In this document: piece after piece, positions 41,501 through 50,526 of the stretch
Numbering within the stretch: position 1 is the stretch's first letter
How the letters are laid out: every line of letters starts with the position of its first letter
Assembly (NCBI GenBank): GCA_964016885.1
Contig: OZ024746.1
Coordinates: forward strand, 16,368,001-16,432,000
Origin: Eledone cirrhosa
Taxonomy: Eukaryota
Direction: 5' to 3'
Length of the DNA: 64,000 nucleotides
The notes under the pieces: model-generated
The model's database searches: none
Told to the model about the DNA's origin: nothing
Seen by the model: the letters and a program-made list of their open reading frames with translations, nothing else
Program-made: the position numbers and the translations under genes

Positions 41501-42555
41501 GTTGGTATATTACCTGGCAGCAACAGTATGGTTGGTATATTACCTGGCTGCAACAGTATGATTGGTATATTACCTGGCAGCAACAGTATGGTTGGTATAT
41601 TACCTGGCTGCAACAGTATGGTTGGTATATTACCTGGCAGCAACAGTATGGTTGGTATATTACCTGGCTGCAACAGTATGGTTGGTATATTACCTGGCAG
41701 CAACAGTATGGTTGGTATATTACCTGGCAGCAACAGTATGGTTGGTATATTACCTGGCAGCAACAGTATGGTTGGTATATTACCTGGCAGCAACAGTATG
41801 GTTGGTATATTACCTGGCTGCAACAGTATGGTTGGTATATTACCTGGCAGCAACAGTATGGTTGGTATATTACCTGGCTGCAACAGTATGGTTGGTATAT
41901 TACCTGGCTGCAACAGTATGGTTGGTATATTACCTGGCAGCAACAGTATGGTTGGTATATTACCTGGCTGCAACAGTATGGTTGGTATATTACCTGGCAG
42001 CAACAGTATGGTTGGTATATTACCTGGCTGCAACAGTATGGTTGGTATATTACCTGGCTGCAACAGTATGGTTGGTATATTACCTGGCAGCAACAGTATG
42101 GTTGGTATATTACCTGGCTGCAACAGTATGGTTGGTATATTACCTGGCAGCAACAGAATAGTTAACAATTGTTGGTCTGTAAAAGAAGACAGACTACAAT
42201 TAATTACTCTCCTCATCAAGTAGATTTGGGGACCAAATCCACCCCACCTTACCCCCAACAATAACCAGAACAGTTATTGTTCACCTTTTATTGTATCTAC
42301 CTTGAATTTATAATAAAAATTAGTTTTTTGTTGAATTCCACAATGACTTAAAAGATTGTTTAACATATCCTAACAGATCAAGAAGCTCCAGTTATCAGAT
42401 CATGTCCAAAGATTGTTCAAACTATAGCCTGGGGACACCAGCCGAAGGTGTTCTGGGAGGTTCCATTGTTTAGGGACAATATAGCTGTTGTGAAGATCAA
42501 GAGCAATAAAGTAAGTGGAACTGACGTGTATTGATTTGGAACATTGCTACAGCAG

Positions 42556-42600
<45 letters not shown>

Positions 42601-45292
42601 ACCCATCAACATCATCATCATACCCATCAACATCATCATCATCATCATCATCATACCCATCATCGCCATCATCACATCCATCATCATCATCATCATCACA
42701 CCCATCATCATCATCATCACACCCATCATCATCGTCATCACACCCATCATCATCATCATCGTCATCACACCCATCATCATCGTCATCACACCCATCATCA
42801 TCGTCATCACACCCATCATCATCATCATCACACCCATCATCATCGTCATCACACCCATCATCATCATCATCATCATCACACCCATCATCATCATCATCAC
42901 ACCCATCATCATCGTCATCACACCCATCATCATCGTCATCACACCCATCATCATCGTCATTATCATCCTCATCATTACCATCGTCATCATTATCATCACC
43001 ATCATCATCATTATCACACTCATCATCATCATTATCATAGCCATCATCACTGTCACCATCATCACCGCCACCATCATCATCATTTAATGTCTGTTTTCGC
43101 TGTTAGCTAAAGCTAGACAGGTTGTCACAGACCAACTCATTACTAAATTGGAACTACTGGCTTCTCAGATGGATTGAGGGCTCACATCTTACTTACATAT
43201 GTTCCTGCCCTTTATACAGTGTACTGGGTGCATTTTATTGTGACACCAGCACTAGGGAGGTTGTTGTGTCTTTGACATATATAGGGTAGGTGGAAAGAAA
43301 CTCCCTATTGAAAATTGACCAATAATTAATAAAGTTATTACAATTTTAAATAGGCCATTTCTTTCCACCACCACCACCTGTATATCTATATGATATCAAT
43401 GTACCATGTGTTTCAATTTAGAATAGATACCCCATAACCTTGTATGTCTTAAGAGATAACTCAATGAATTAGTGCCAGAAAGGATATCCAGCCAAATGTT
43501 TTCTCAAAATGGTCCCCATGATGAGTCTAAAGCTTGTCATGTGACCAACAAGGTTATTTCCCTTGCTTCAGCAGAGGGGATGGCCTAAGAACTGTTGTTG
43601 TTGTTTATAATATCAATATAATCTATGATTTTCTTGTAATTAAAGTCATCATTTGGTCTTATATAGGTCCCAGAAGAAAGTGAAATGGAGTTTGGAATGA
43701 ATCAGGTCATCTATACAGGTCGAGACGCTGCAAATAATTTTGCAAGGTGTATATTTATGGTGAACATAAAATGTAAGTATGTTTAGTATCTATTATATTC
43801 CAGAGTTACGGCCCTTGCCATTCTGAGTTCAAATCCTGCCAAGGTTAACTTTGCCTTTCATCCTTACAGGGTCGATAAAATAAAGTACCAGTAATACACT
43901 GGATAATTGCTGGCCTTGTGCCTAACGTAGAAACAATTATATTCCAGAGGCTTAGTGGTTAGGGTGTTGGTTTTACAATTATCATATTATGAGTTCGATT
44001 CTTTGACTGTGTGGCATGTTATGTTCTTGAGCAAAACCCTTCATTTCATGATGCTCCAGTCCACTCAGCTGTAGATGTGAACTAGCTGTATCTGGGGTTT
44101 AACATTATGGTTAGTGTACAAAATCATCAGAAAAGCTCATAAGCCAGTATCCAAGAGATATGGAGTTTGATTTGTCATAGCAGCAAATGGCAACTTCTTT
44201 TCCCATCTTTAAAGGTCTTCGCCCTGTTTTATAAGCTATTTTATAGCATCTCTGTGTATGAGCACATCATTTTTTATATTAACTCATAAGTCAGTTTCTG
44301 TTATTGCTAATGTTAACTCTTTCTTTTGTTATTTCTCCAGATGGAAGATGTCCAGCTCTAATTAAACCACAAGATGGTTACCTGCGCTGTAGTTACACCA
44401 ATAATGACAAGCAAACATGCACAGCAGGATGTAACTCATATTACCGTTTTCCTAGCAATCATACCAAACTGGTATTCCAGTGTCATCCTGATTCACACAC
44501 CTGGGATATTCTACCTTCTCAACTTACTAATTGCATAGGTAAGGTGTTGTTGTTGTCCTTTATCTATTACAGCTGTTATTGAATTTGATGTTGTGGCTGA
44601 TATTACTTCCAACTCCAGTGAAAGGGAATTGGCAGGATTGTTAGAAAATAGGTAAAACTACGTCACAGTGCATGTTGTAGCTCTCTACACTCTGAGTTCA
44701 AATCATACAGAAGTCAACATCCTTTTGAGGGCCAATTAAATAAAGTATCAGGCCAGGTCAATGGATTAAGAGAATTGTTAGAGCATCAGATAAGTTAACT
44801 TGTGACATTTCTCCCAACATTTTGTGTTCTAAATTATTAGATGGTAGACTTTAATCCATTACCTTGTTTAATGTTGCCACACAATCTTTGGATGCCTCTA
44901 GCAGATTTCACTCTGTTAAAAGTATTTTCAGTCTAGAATGCCCAGAAAAACATAAAGGGTTAAAAGCACAAGCTTTTCTGACTGAGTCATAAAACTCTAA
45001 AAACTACTTTTCTAGTCCATTTGTATCATCAAAATATACCAACTACTAGTGATCTCACTTATCGAGCAAGGTGTAATGTCAGTTGAGTCGTTTTATTGGG
45101 TATTAATCCTATAAAGTATATTGTATGAGTTGAGTTGTGTTATTATGAAGTGGATAGTGTTAGGAAGAGCATCCAGCCATAGAAACTAAACCAAAAGGGA
45201 GTGTATAGTCACCTGAGTTGTCTGGCCTCAATATGCAACAACCTGCCTAACCTATGGATGTATGGAAAATAGATGTTCAACAGTGATGATTG

Positions 45293-45327
<35 letters not shown>

Positions 45328-48300
45328 GTGATATGATAATAATGATGGGGATGATGATGATGATGATGATGGTGATGAGAATGATGGTGATGATGATGAT
45401 TTGTTCGTAACCAGACATTGGTCTTGTGCTCTGAGAGTCAGTCCTGTTTCTGCTATTAGTCCAGGGTTACTGAGTCATTAGTGACTTTCACTTTAACTTA
45501 CTACTTCTCTGTCAAGCCTTGCAGGGGTATTGGCTATGGAGTGGGTTTTTCTTTTATTCATTTCTTCTTTAGTATGTCTTGTAATACTATTTTCATGTTT
45601 TTTTTGTTTTGTTTTTTGTCTCTTTAACAATTTTTGTTATGTTGATATCTAAAAGTATTTTTTCAACATAGTACTTCATTGTTTCATTGTATATACAGAA
45701 AATCTTCCTTATTTTATTTTCATATTTTTCTGTATTACATTTATCAGTCTTCCTCTATTGGCTTCTAAGTGTTTTTCCAGTTTCACTGTTGTTACTTTGT
45801 AGTAGTTTTCTATTTGTATCAGACAACATCGTCATTGTGTCTGGAGTAGATATATTCTGTTTAGATCTTCTTTAGGGTGGTGGCCACAGTAGGGTGGTGG
45901 CCACAGTAGGGTGGTGGCCACAGTAGGGTGGTGGCCACAGTAGGGTGGTGGCTACAGTAGGGTGGTGGCTACAGTAGGGTGGTGGCCACAGTAGGGTGGT
46001 GGCCACAGTAGGGTGGTGGCCACAGTAGGGTGGTGGCTACAGTAGGGTGGTGGCCACAGTAGGGTGGTGGCCACAGTAGGGTGGTGGCTACAGTAGGGTG
46101 GTGGCTACAGTAGAGTGGTGGCCACAGTAGGGTGGTGGCCACAGTAGGGTGGTGGCCACAGTAGGGTGGTGGCCACAGTAGGGTGGTGGCCACAGTAGGG
46201 TGGTGGCTACAGTAGGGTGGTGGCCACAGTAGGGTGGTGGCCACAGTAGGGTGGTGGCCACAGTAGGGTGGTGGCCACAGTAGGGTGGTGGCTACAGTAG
46301 GGTGGTGGCTACAGTAGGGTGGTGGCTACAGTAGGGTGGTGGCTACAGTAGGGTGGTGGCTACAGTAGAGTGGTGGCCACAGTAGGGTGGTGGCCACAGT
46401 AGGGTAGTGGCCACAGTAGGGTGGTGGCTACAGTAGGGTGGTGACTACAGTAGGGTGGTGGCTACAGTAGGGTGGTGGCTACAGTAGGGTGGTGGCCACA
46501 GTAGGGTGGTGGCTACAGTAGGGTGGTGGCCACAGTAGGGTGGTGGCTACAGTAGGGTGGTGGCCACAGTAGGGTGGTGGCCACAGTAGGGTAGTGGCCA
46601 CAGTAGGGTGGTGGCTACAGTAGGGTGGTGGCTACAGTAGGGTGGTGGCTACAGTAGGGTGGTGGCTACAGTAGGGTGGTGGCTACAGTAGAGTGGTGGC
46701 CACAGTAGGGTGGTGGCCACAGTAGGGTGGTGGCCACAGTAGGGTGGTGGCTACAGTAGGGTGGTGGCCACAGTAGGGTGGTGGCTACAGTAGGGTGGTG
46801 GCTACAGTAGAGTGGTGGCTACAGTAGGGTGGTGGCTACAGTAGGGTGGTGGCTACAGTAGGGTGGTGGCTACAGTAGGGTGGTGGCTACAGTAGGGTGG
46901 TGGCTACAGTAGGGTGGTGGCTACAGTAGGGTGGTGGCTACAGTAGGGTGGTGGCTACAGTAGGGTAGTGGCCACAGTAGGGTGGTGACTACAGTAGGGT
47001 GGTGGCTACAGTAGGGTGGTGGCTACAGTAGGGTGGTGGCCACAGTAGGGTGGTGGCTACAGTAGGGTGGTGGCTACAGTAGGGTGGTGGCTACAGTAGG
47101 GTGGTGGCTACAGTAGGGTGATGGCTACAGTAGGGTAGTGGCCACAGTAGGGTGGTGGCCACAGTAGGGTCGTGGCTACAGTAGGGTGGTGGCTACAGTA
47201 GGGTGGTGGCCACAGTAGGGTGGTGGCTACAGTAGGGTGGTGGCCACAGTAGGGTGGTGGCCACAGTAGGGTGGTGGCTACAGTAGGGTGGTGGCCACAG
47301 TAGGGTGGTGGCCACAGTAGGGTGGTGGCTACAGTAGGGTGGTGGCCACAGTAGGGTGGTGGCTACAGTAGGGTGGTGGCTGCAGTAGGGTGGTGGCCAC
47401 AGTAGGGTGGTGGCTACAGTAGGGTGGTGGCTACAGTAGGGTGGTGGCCACAGTAGGGTGGTGGCTACAGTAGGGTGGTGGCCACAGTAGGGTGGTGGCT
47501 ACAGTAGGGTGGTGGCTACAGTAGGGTGGTGGCTACAGTAGGGTGGTGGCCACAGTAGGGTGGTGGCTACAGTAGGGTGGTGGCTACAGTAGGGTGGTGG
47601 CTACAGTAGGGTGGTGGCCACAGTAGGGTGGTGGCTACAGTAGGGTGGTGGCTACAGTAGGGTGGTGGCTACAGTAGGGTGGTGGCCACAGTAGGGTGGT
47701 GGCCACAGTAGGGTGGTGGCTACAGTAGGGTGGTGGCCACAGTAGGGTGGTGGCCACAGTAGGGTGGTGGCTACAGTAGGGTGGTGGCTACAGTAGGGTA
47801 GTGGCTACAGTAGAGTGGTGGCTACAGTAGGGTGGTGGCCACAGTAGGGTGGTGGCTACAGTAGGGTGGTGGCTACAGTAGGGTGGTGGCCACAGTAGGG
47901 TGGTGGCTACAGTAGGGTGGTGGCTACAGTAGGGTAGTGGCTACAGTAGAGTGGTGGCTACAGTAGGGTGGTGGCTACAGTAGGGTGGTTACTACAGTAG
48001 GGTGGTGGCCACAGTAGGGTAGTGGCTACAGTAGGGTGGTGGCTACAGTAGGGTGGTGGCCACAGTAGGGTAGTGGCTACAGTAGGGTGGTGGCTACAGT
48101 AGGGTGGTGGCTACAGTAGGGTGGTTACTACAGTAGGGTGGTGGCCACAGTAGGGTGGTGGCTACAGTAGGGTGGTGGCTACAGTAGGGTGGTGGCCACA
48201 GTAGGGTGGTGGCTACAGTAGGGTGGTGGCCACAGTAGAGTGGTGGCTACAGTAGGGTGGTGACTACAGTAGGGTGGTGGCTACAGTAGGGTGGTGGCTA

Positions 48301-50526
48301 CAGTAGGGTGGTGGCTACAGTAGGGTGGTGGCCACAGTAGAGTGGTGGCTACAGTAGGGTGGTGACTACAGTAGGGTGGTGGCTACAGTAGGGTGGTGGC
48401 TACAGTAGGGTGGTGGCCACAGTAGGGTGGTGGCCACAGTAGGGTGGTGGCTACAGTAGGGTGGTGGCCACAGTAGGGTGGTGGCCACAGTAGGGTGGTG
48501 GCCACAGTAGGGTGGTGGCTACAGTAGGGTGGTGGCTACAGTAGGGTGGTGGCCACAGTAGGGTGGTGGCTACAGTAGGATGGTGGCTACAGTAGGGTAG
48601 TGGCTACAGTAGAGTGGTGGCTACAGTAGGGTGGTGGCTACAGTAGGGTGGTTACTACAGTAGGGTGGTGGCCACAGTAGGGTAGTGGCTACAGTAGGGT
48701 GGTGGCTACAGTAGGGTGGTGGCCACAGTAGGGTAGTGGCTACAGTAGGGTGGTGGCTACAGTAGGGTGGTGGCTACAGTAGGGTGGTTACTACAGTAGG
48801 GTGGTGGCCACAGTAGGGTGGTGGCTACAGTAGGGTGGTGGCTACAGTAGGGTGGTGGCCACAGTAGGGTGGTGGCTACAGTAGGGTGGTGGCCACAGTA
48901 GAGTGGTGGCTACAGTAGGGTGGTGACTACAGTAGGGTGGTGGCTACAGTAGGGTGGTGGCTACAGTAGGGTGGTGGCTACAGTAGGGTGGTGGCCACAG
49001 TAGAGTGGTGGCTACAGTAGGGTGGTGACTACAGTAGGGTGGTGGCTACAGTAGGGTGGTGGCTACAGTAGGGTGGTGGCCACAGTAGAGTGGTGGCTAC
49101 AGTAGGGTGGTGACTACAGTAGGGTGGTGGCTACAGTAGGGTGGTGGCTACAGTAGGGTGGTGGCTACAGTAGGGTGGTGGCTACAGTAGGGTGGTGGCT
49201 ACAGTAGGGTGGTGGCCACAGTAGGGTGGTGGCTACAGTAGGGTGGTGGCTACAGTAGGGTGGTGGCTACAGTAGGGTGGTGGCTACAGTAGGGTGGTGG
49301 CCACAGTAGGGTGGTGGCTACAGTAGGGTGGTGGCTACAGTAGGGTGGTGGCTACAGTAGGGTGGTGGCCACAGTAGGGTGGTGGCTACAGTAGGGTGGT
49401 GGCCACAGTAGGGTGGTGGCTACAGTAGGGTGGTGGCTACAGTAGGGTGGTGGCTACAGTAGGGTGGTGGCTACAGTAGGGTGGTGGCCACAGTAGGGTG
49501 GTGGCTACAGTAGGGTGGTGACTACAGTAGAGTGGTGGCTACAGTAGGGTGGTGGCCACAGTAGGGTGGTGGCCACAGTAAGGTGGTGGCCACAATAGGG
49601 TGGTTACTACAGTAGGGTGGCGGCCACAGTAGGGTGGTGGCTACAGTAGGGTGGTGGCTACAGTAGGGTGGTGGTCACAGTAGGGTGGTGGCTACAGTAG
49701 GGTGGTGGCCACAGTAGGGTGGTGGCTACAGTAGAGTGGTGGCCACAGTAGGGTGGTGGCTACAGTAGAGTGGTGGCTACAGTAGGGTGGTGGCCACAGT
49801 AGGGTGGTGGCTACAGTAGGGTGGTGGCTACAGTAGGGTAGTGGCTACAGTAGAGTGGTGGCTACAGTAGGGTGGTGGCTACAGTAGAGTGGTGGCTACA
49901 GTAGGGTGGTGGCTACAGTAGGGTGGTGGCTACAGTAGGGTGGTGGCCACAGTAGGGTGGTGGCTACAGTAGGGTGGTGGCTACAGTAGGGTGGTGGCTA
50001 CAGTAGGGTGGTGGCTACAGTAGGGTGGTGGCAACTGTGGGTGGCAGTAGTTTCCTGATTTTTCTGCTCTATTATTATAACTAGCAGAAAACCACCCTTC
50101 GGGTGGTTTTCTGCTAGCATGTGTAGTGTGTATATTGATATTATACACAAGTATATATGCATGTAGATATGATACATCAAATAAAATCGTAATTGACTTT
50201 GCCTTTCATCCTTACGGGGTCGATAAAATAAAGTACCAGTAATGTACTGGGTAATTGCTAGCCTTGTGCCTAAAGTAGAAACAATTATTACTATTATTTA
50301 TATTTTATTGATTATATTTGTGTCTATTTATATATATATATTTCCATCTACAACAGATATGTGTAAGCCAGGAAGTTTCCGGGCCTCGGATGGTGCCTGT
50401 GTGCCATGTGGATTTGGGACTTACCAAAATAAATGGGAGAAGACCTTCTGTAAGCCGTGTCCTATTGGGAAAACTACACGAGATTTTGGAGCGAAACATC
50501 AAAGATACTGTGTGGCTGTTTCTTAA
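995..50526 (+). CDS. Gene 1 (5'-partial): secreted EGF/sushi(CCP)/HYR/ephrin-receptor-like mosaic protein, SVEP1/uninflatable-like. join(995-1117,1904-2023,6235-6429,7445-7567,24779-24901,25296-25487,29008-29127,29367-29558,30521-30643,31204-31395,31951-32073,32403-32603,34279-34470,39863-40105,42377-42510,43667-43772,44341-44538,50357-50526)
   Basis: 18 exons read manually. All have AG/GT boundaries and compatible phases (2870 nt plus 1 nt from an upstream exon = 956 aa + TAA). Cys spacing matches cbEGF, 6-Cys CCP, HYR and GCC2/GCC3 domains. No transmembrane segment before the stop. Confidence 0.9.
1460..1815 (-). mobile_element. Two tandem tRNA-derived SINE copies (family B)
   Basis: Core gagttcaaatcccgccgagg..tttgcctttcatcc..ggggtcgataaaataaagtaccag recurs many times across the window. 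Confidence 0.8.
1904..2023 (+). CDS. Gene 1 exon: calcium-binding EGF domain
   Basis: ttctag|AC..GTTA|gtaagt; [40 protein letters not shown]. Confidence 0.93.
2272..2650. repeat. About 47-bp degenerate tandem repeat, about 8 copies
   Basis: aaatgtctgacttcctagcctatctctcactcaacatgagatataga. Confidence 0.85.
3671..3842 (+). ncRNA. Hammerhead-like motif with long stem II insertion, in a Penelope-type terminal repeat remnant
   Basis: TTCTTCT-CTGATGA-CACAAATATAA...TTATCTTTGTA-GAAA-CATGTG-TC-AGCAGAA, overlapping AATAAA at 3841; stem I pairs 6/7; GUC cleavage triplet. Confidence 0.45.
3911..4290 (+). mobile_element. Non-autonomous retroelement with RTE-type 3' tail
   Basis: Ends aggaagggcatccagctgtagaaa...acccatgctagcgtggaagaacggacgtaaaacggtgatgatg; homologous copy inverted at 23583-23889. 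Confidence 0.7.
4710..5529 (-). mobile_element. Internally deleted, degenerate mariner (Tc1/mariner) transposon
   Basis: TIRs tacgaagtgtgtcagaaaagaaacaggact (4710-4739) and the inverted agtcctgttactttcctgacaccttgaata (5500-5529), with TA ends. Minus-strand transposase remnant MGTEQ*TNLKFLV.LGKTPSE...VEDDPRS...[19 protein letters not shown] contains stops. Confidence 0.88.
5698..6028. repeat. 72-bp tandem repeat, about 4.6 copies
   Basis: cagtgtgatctagcatgtgacaacctctctagtgctggtgccatagacaatgtagggtttgagagaactctt. Confidence 0.9.
6235..6429 (+). CDS. Gene 1 exon: sushi/CCP domain (6 Cys)
   Basis: polyT-gcaag|CT..GTAG|gtgagt; [11 protein letters not shown]...[36 protein letters not shown]. Confidence 0.92.
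7445..7567 (+). CDS. Gene 1 exon: calcium-binding EGF domain
   Basis: ttctag|AT..AAAA|gtaagt; [41 protein letters not shown]. Confidence 0.93.
7603..8792. repeat. (CAC/CAT)n trinucleotide tract
   Basis: Seen directly; a similar (CAT)n tract lies at 42556-43083. Confidence 0.95.
9025..9275 (-). mobile_element. Penelope-like element GIY-YIG endonuclease 3' fragment (frameshifted)
   Basis: Minus strand [17 protein letters not shown], then a shifted frame [16 protein letters not shown]...GLNPTPQFL*; matches the YIGQTGR-x-L-x-x-RF-x-EH...HF...H...GLN pattern. Confidence 0.75.
9548..9887 (+). mobile_element. tRNA-derived SINE family A with RTE-type tail
   Basis: A/B boxes, ccttgagcaagacact core, (gat)n tail; near-identical to the copies at 12091 and 24369. 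Confidence 0.88.
10440..11492. repeat. (GTA/GTG)n tract with an interspersed 25-bp motif
   Basis: ggctgtggtgaggtgtgttagtctg recurs 6 times within the triplet repeat. Confidence 0.93.
11846..11900 (+). ncRNA. Minimal type I hammerhead ribozyme motif (Penelope/retrozyme type)
   Basis: ACTGC-CTGAAGA-GGT c ACAGCCA aaga TGGCTGT c ACC-GAAA-TATATA-TA-GCAGT. Stem I is 5 bp, stem II is 10 bp closed by G-C, stem III is palindromic, and AATAAA follows immediately. Confidence 0.75.
12091..12431 (+). mobile_element. tRNA-derived SINE family A
   Basis: Same structure as the 9548 copy. Confidence 0.88.
12981..13162 (-). mobile_element. SINE family B
   Basis: Family B core; reverse complement of 13324-13510. 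Confidence 0.88.
13324..13510 (+). mobile_element. SINE family B
   Basis: ggtggtggattggcagtatcggtagag...gagttcaaatcccgccgagg...gtagaaacaat. Confidence 0.88.
14010..15138. repeat. 112-bp tandem repeat, 10 copies, derived from a SINE/RTE tail
   Basis: Units start at 14010, 14122 ... 15130; unit contains ggatgcccttcctaacaccaacc, the reverse complement of the SINE tail. Confidence 0.93.
16238..16633. repeat. Left arm of an inverted duplication (unique sequence plus SINE B)
   Basis: Reverse complement of 19344-19742. Confidence 0.9.
16848..17075 (+). mobile_element. Diverged tRNA-derived SINE (family A head)
   Basis: cgtggcccagtggtaagggtgttgg..tgtgttcttgagcaaaacacttcatttcatgttgctccagt. Confidence 0.7.
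19344..19742. repeat. Right arm of the inverted duplication
   Basis: Reverse complement of 16238-16633. Confidence 0.9.
21745..24097. repeat. 27-bp minisatellite (tatataacagttatatccaacacactg), interrupted by a retroelement at 23583-23889
   Basis: 9-aa periodic ORFs (LYITVISNT)n; homogeneous core 22320-23580, degenerate left flank. Confidence 0.95.
23583..23889 (-). mobile_element. 5'-truncated RTE-tailed retroelement inserted in the minisatellite
   Basis: Reverse complement of part of 3911-4290; the array resumes directly after it. Confidence 0.8.
24369..24719 (+). mobile_element. tRNA-derived SINE family A
   Basis: Same structure as the 9548 copy; ends about 60 nt upstream of the exon at 24779. 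Confidence 0.88.
24779..24901 (+). CDS. Gene 1 exon: EGF domain (calcium-binding consensus degenerate)
   Basis: ttttag|AT..AAAG|gtaaat; (N)[40 protein letters not shown]. Confidence 0.9.
25296..25487 (+). CDS. Gene 1 exon: sushi/CCP domain
   Basis: ggcag|CT..GAAG|gtaaat; [12 protein letters not shown]...[36 protein letters not shown]. Confidence 0.92.
25502..25745. repeat. 38-bp tandem repeat, about 6 copies
   Basis: ttgtgtcacccacatttcatatttcgtataacaatgtc. Confidence 0.88.
25815..26150 (-). mobile_element. hAT-type (hATm-like) transposase C-terminal remnant
   Basis: Frameshifted minus translation TKSFF...[57 protein letters not shown] matches the recalled VVND-x-AERGVKL..TKDE..QFLLQVV motif. 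Confidence 0.65.
26178..26866. repeat. Pyrimidine-rich degenerate repeat (ttgctctccttttctca)n
   Basis: Seen directly. Confidence 0.9.
27034..27347. mobile_element. MITE with TTAGGGTGGCC TIRs (hATm-like)
   Basis: tattagggtggccttta ... taagggccaccctaata (16/17 inverted match), sitting in TA-rich sequence. Confidence 0.75.
28003..28575 (+). mobile_element. CR1-clade LINE 3' fragment (RT C-terminus plus 3' UTR)
   Basis: [53 protein letters not shown]...[10 protein letters not shown]. Confidence 0.88.
29008..29127 (+). CDS. Gene 1 exon: calcium-binding EGF domain
   Basis: ttctag|AT..TTAG|gtaagt; [40 protein letters not shown]. Confidence 0.93.
29367..29558 (+). CDS. Gene 1 exon: sushi/CCP domain
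   Basis: tccaag|CT..GAAG|gtaagt; [12 protein letters not shown]...[36 protein letters not shown]. Confidence 0.92.
29529..29890 (+). repeat. 51-bp tandem repeat of exon end plus 5' splice site, 7 units
   Basis: Unit cctggtctagaagcaatgtcacctgtgtag|gtgagtaaattggaggtaata; the first unit is the true exon end. Confidence 0.93.
30521..30643 (+). CDS. Gene 1 exon: calcium-binding EGF domain
   Basis: ttctag|AT..TCAG|gtgagg; [41 protein letters not shown]. Confidence 0.93.
30626..30793 (+). repeat. 44-bp degenerate tandem repeat of exon end plus 5' splice site, about 4 units
   Basis: atggacgttcttgctcag|gtgaggaaattatcatatttacctgc repeated with progressive decay. Confidence 0.85.
31204..31395 (+). 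CDS. Gene 1 exon: sushi/CCP domain
   Basis: tttcag|CC..GAAG|gtaagt; [12 protein letters not shown]...[36 protein letters not shown]. Confidence 0.92.
31951..32073 (+). CDS. Gene 1 exon: calcium-binding EGF domain
   Basis: ttacag|AC..CTGG|gtaagt; [41 protein letters not shown]. Confidence 0.93.
32403..32603 (+). CDS. Gene 1 exon: sushi/CCP domain (alternative in-frame acceptor would start at 32409)
   Basis: ctaaag|CTGCAG|CC..GCAG|gtagat; [19 protein letters not shown]...[36 protein letters not shown]. Confidence 0.88.
32721..33158. mobile_element. Tc1/mariner(pogo)-type MITE
   Basis: TIRs taccgtatatacttgaatataagc / gcttatatacaagtatatacagta (22/24 inverted match) with TA ends. Confidence 0.78.
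34279..34470 (+). CDS. Gene 1 exon: sushi/CCP domain
   Basis: ctcccag|TT..CCAT|gtaagt; [20 protein letters not shown]...[37 protein letters not shown]. Confidence 0.9.
35580..37452. repeat. About 54-bp TG-rich tandem repeat, about 35 copies
   Basis: Unit gtgatgtgatatgatgtatgtgtgtgtgtatttgtaaagtaatgtgatgtgttt with a variable (TG)n. Confidence 0.93.
38758..39035 (+). mobile_element. Diverged tRNA-derived SINE (family A head)
   Basis: gtgtggcttagtggttag..cagttcgattt..ccttcagcaagactctttgtttcatgtt. Confidence 0.7.
39863..40105 (+). CDS. Gene 1 exon: HYR-like domain
   Basis: tttttag|TG..ATTG|gtaggt; [23 protein letters not shown]...[29 protein letters not shown]. Confidence 0.85.
40431..42157. 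repeat. 30-bp minisatellite, about 57 copies
   Basis: tacctggc(a/t)gcaacagtatggttggtatat; exact 30-nt period. Confidence 0.97.
42377..42510 (+). CDS. Gene 1 exon: HYR domain, N-terminal half
   Basis: taacag|AT..TAAA|gtaagt; [45 protein letters not shown] (D-x-E-x-P...CP...V-x-W-x-x-P...DN); phase 1-0. Confidence 0.88.
43667..43772 (+). CDS. Gene 1 exon: HYR domain, C-terminal half
   Basis: atatag|GT..AAAT|gtaagt; [35 protein letters not shown]; phase 0-1. Confidence 0.88.
43801..44100 (+). mobile_element. SINE family B fragment followed by a family A head
   Basis: Family B core at 43801-43940; ggcttagtggttagg..gagttcgatt..cttgagcaaaac from 43947. Confidence 0.72.
44341..44538 (+). CDS. Gene 1 exon: sushi/CCP-like domain
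   Basis: ctccag|AT..ATAG|gtaagg; [36 protein letters not shown]...[21 protein letters not shown]. Confidence 0.88.
45872..50032. repeat. 17-bp G-rich minisatellite, about 244 copies
   Basis: tagggtggtggc(c/t)acag; 17-nt period. Confidence 0.97.
50357..50526 (+). CDS. Gene 1 terminal exon: ephrin-receptor-like (GCC2/GCC3) Cys-rich repeat and stop codon
   Basis: caacag|AT; [56 protein letters not shown] (TAA at 50524-50526). Confidence 0.9.

Noticed and set aside
40135-42261. 602-708 aa repeat-protein ORFs
   Set aside because: 30-bp VNTR between two in-phase HYR exons; the nucleotide-level homogeneity argues against coding
45872-50032. Interstitial telomeric repeat
   Set aside because: Contains TAGGG, but the unit is 17 bp, not (TTAGGG)n
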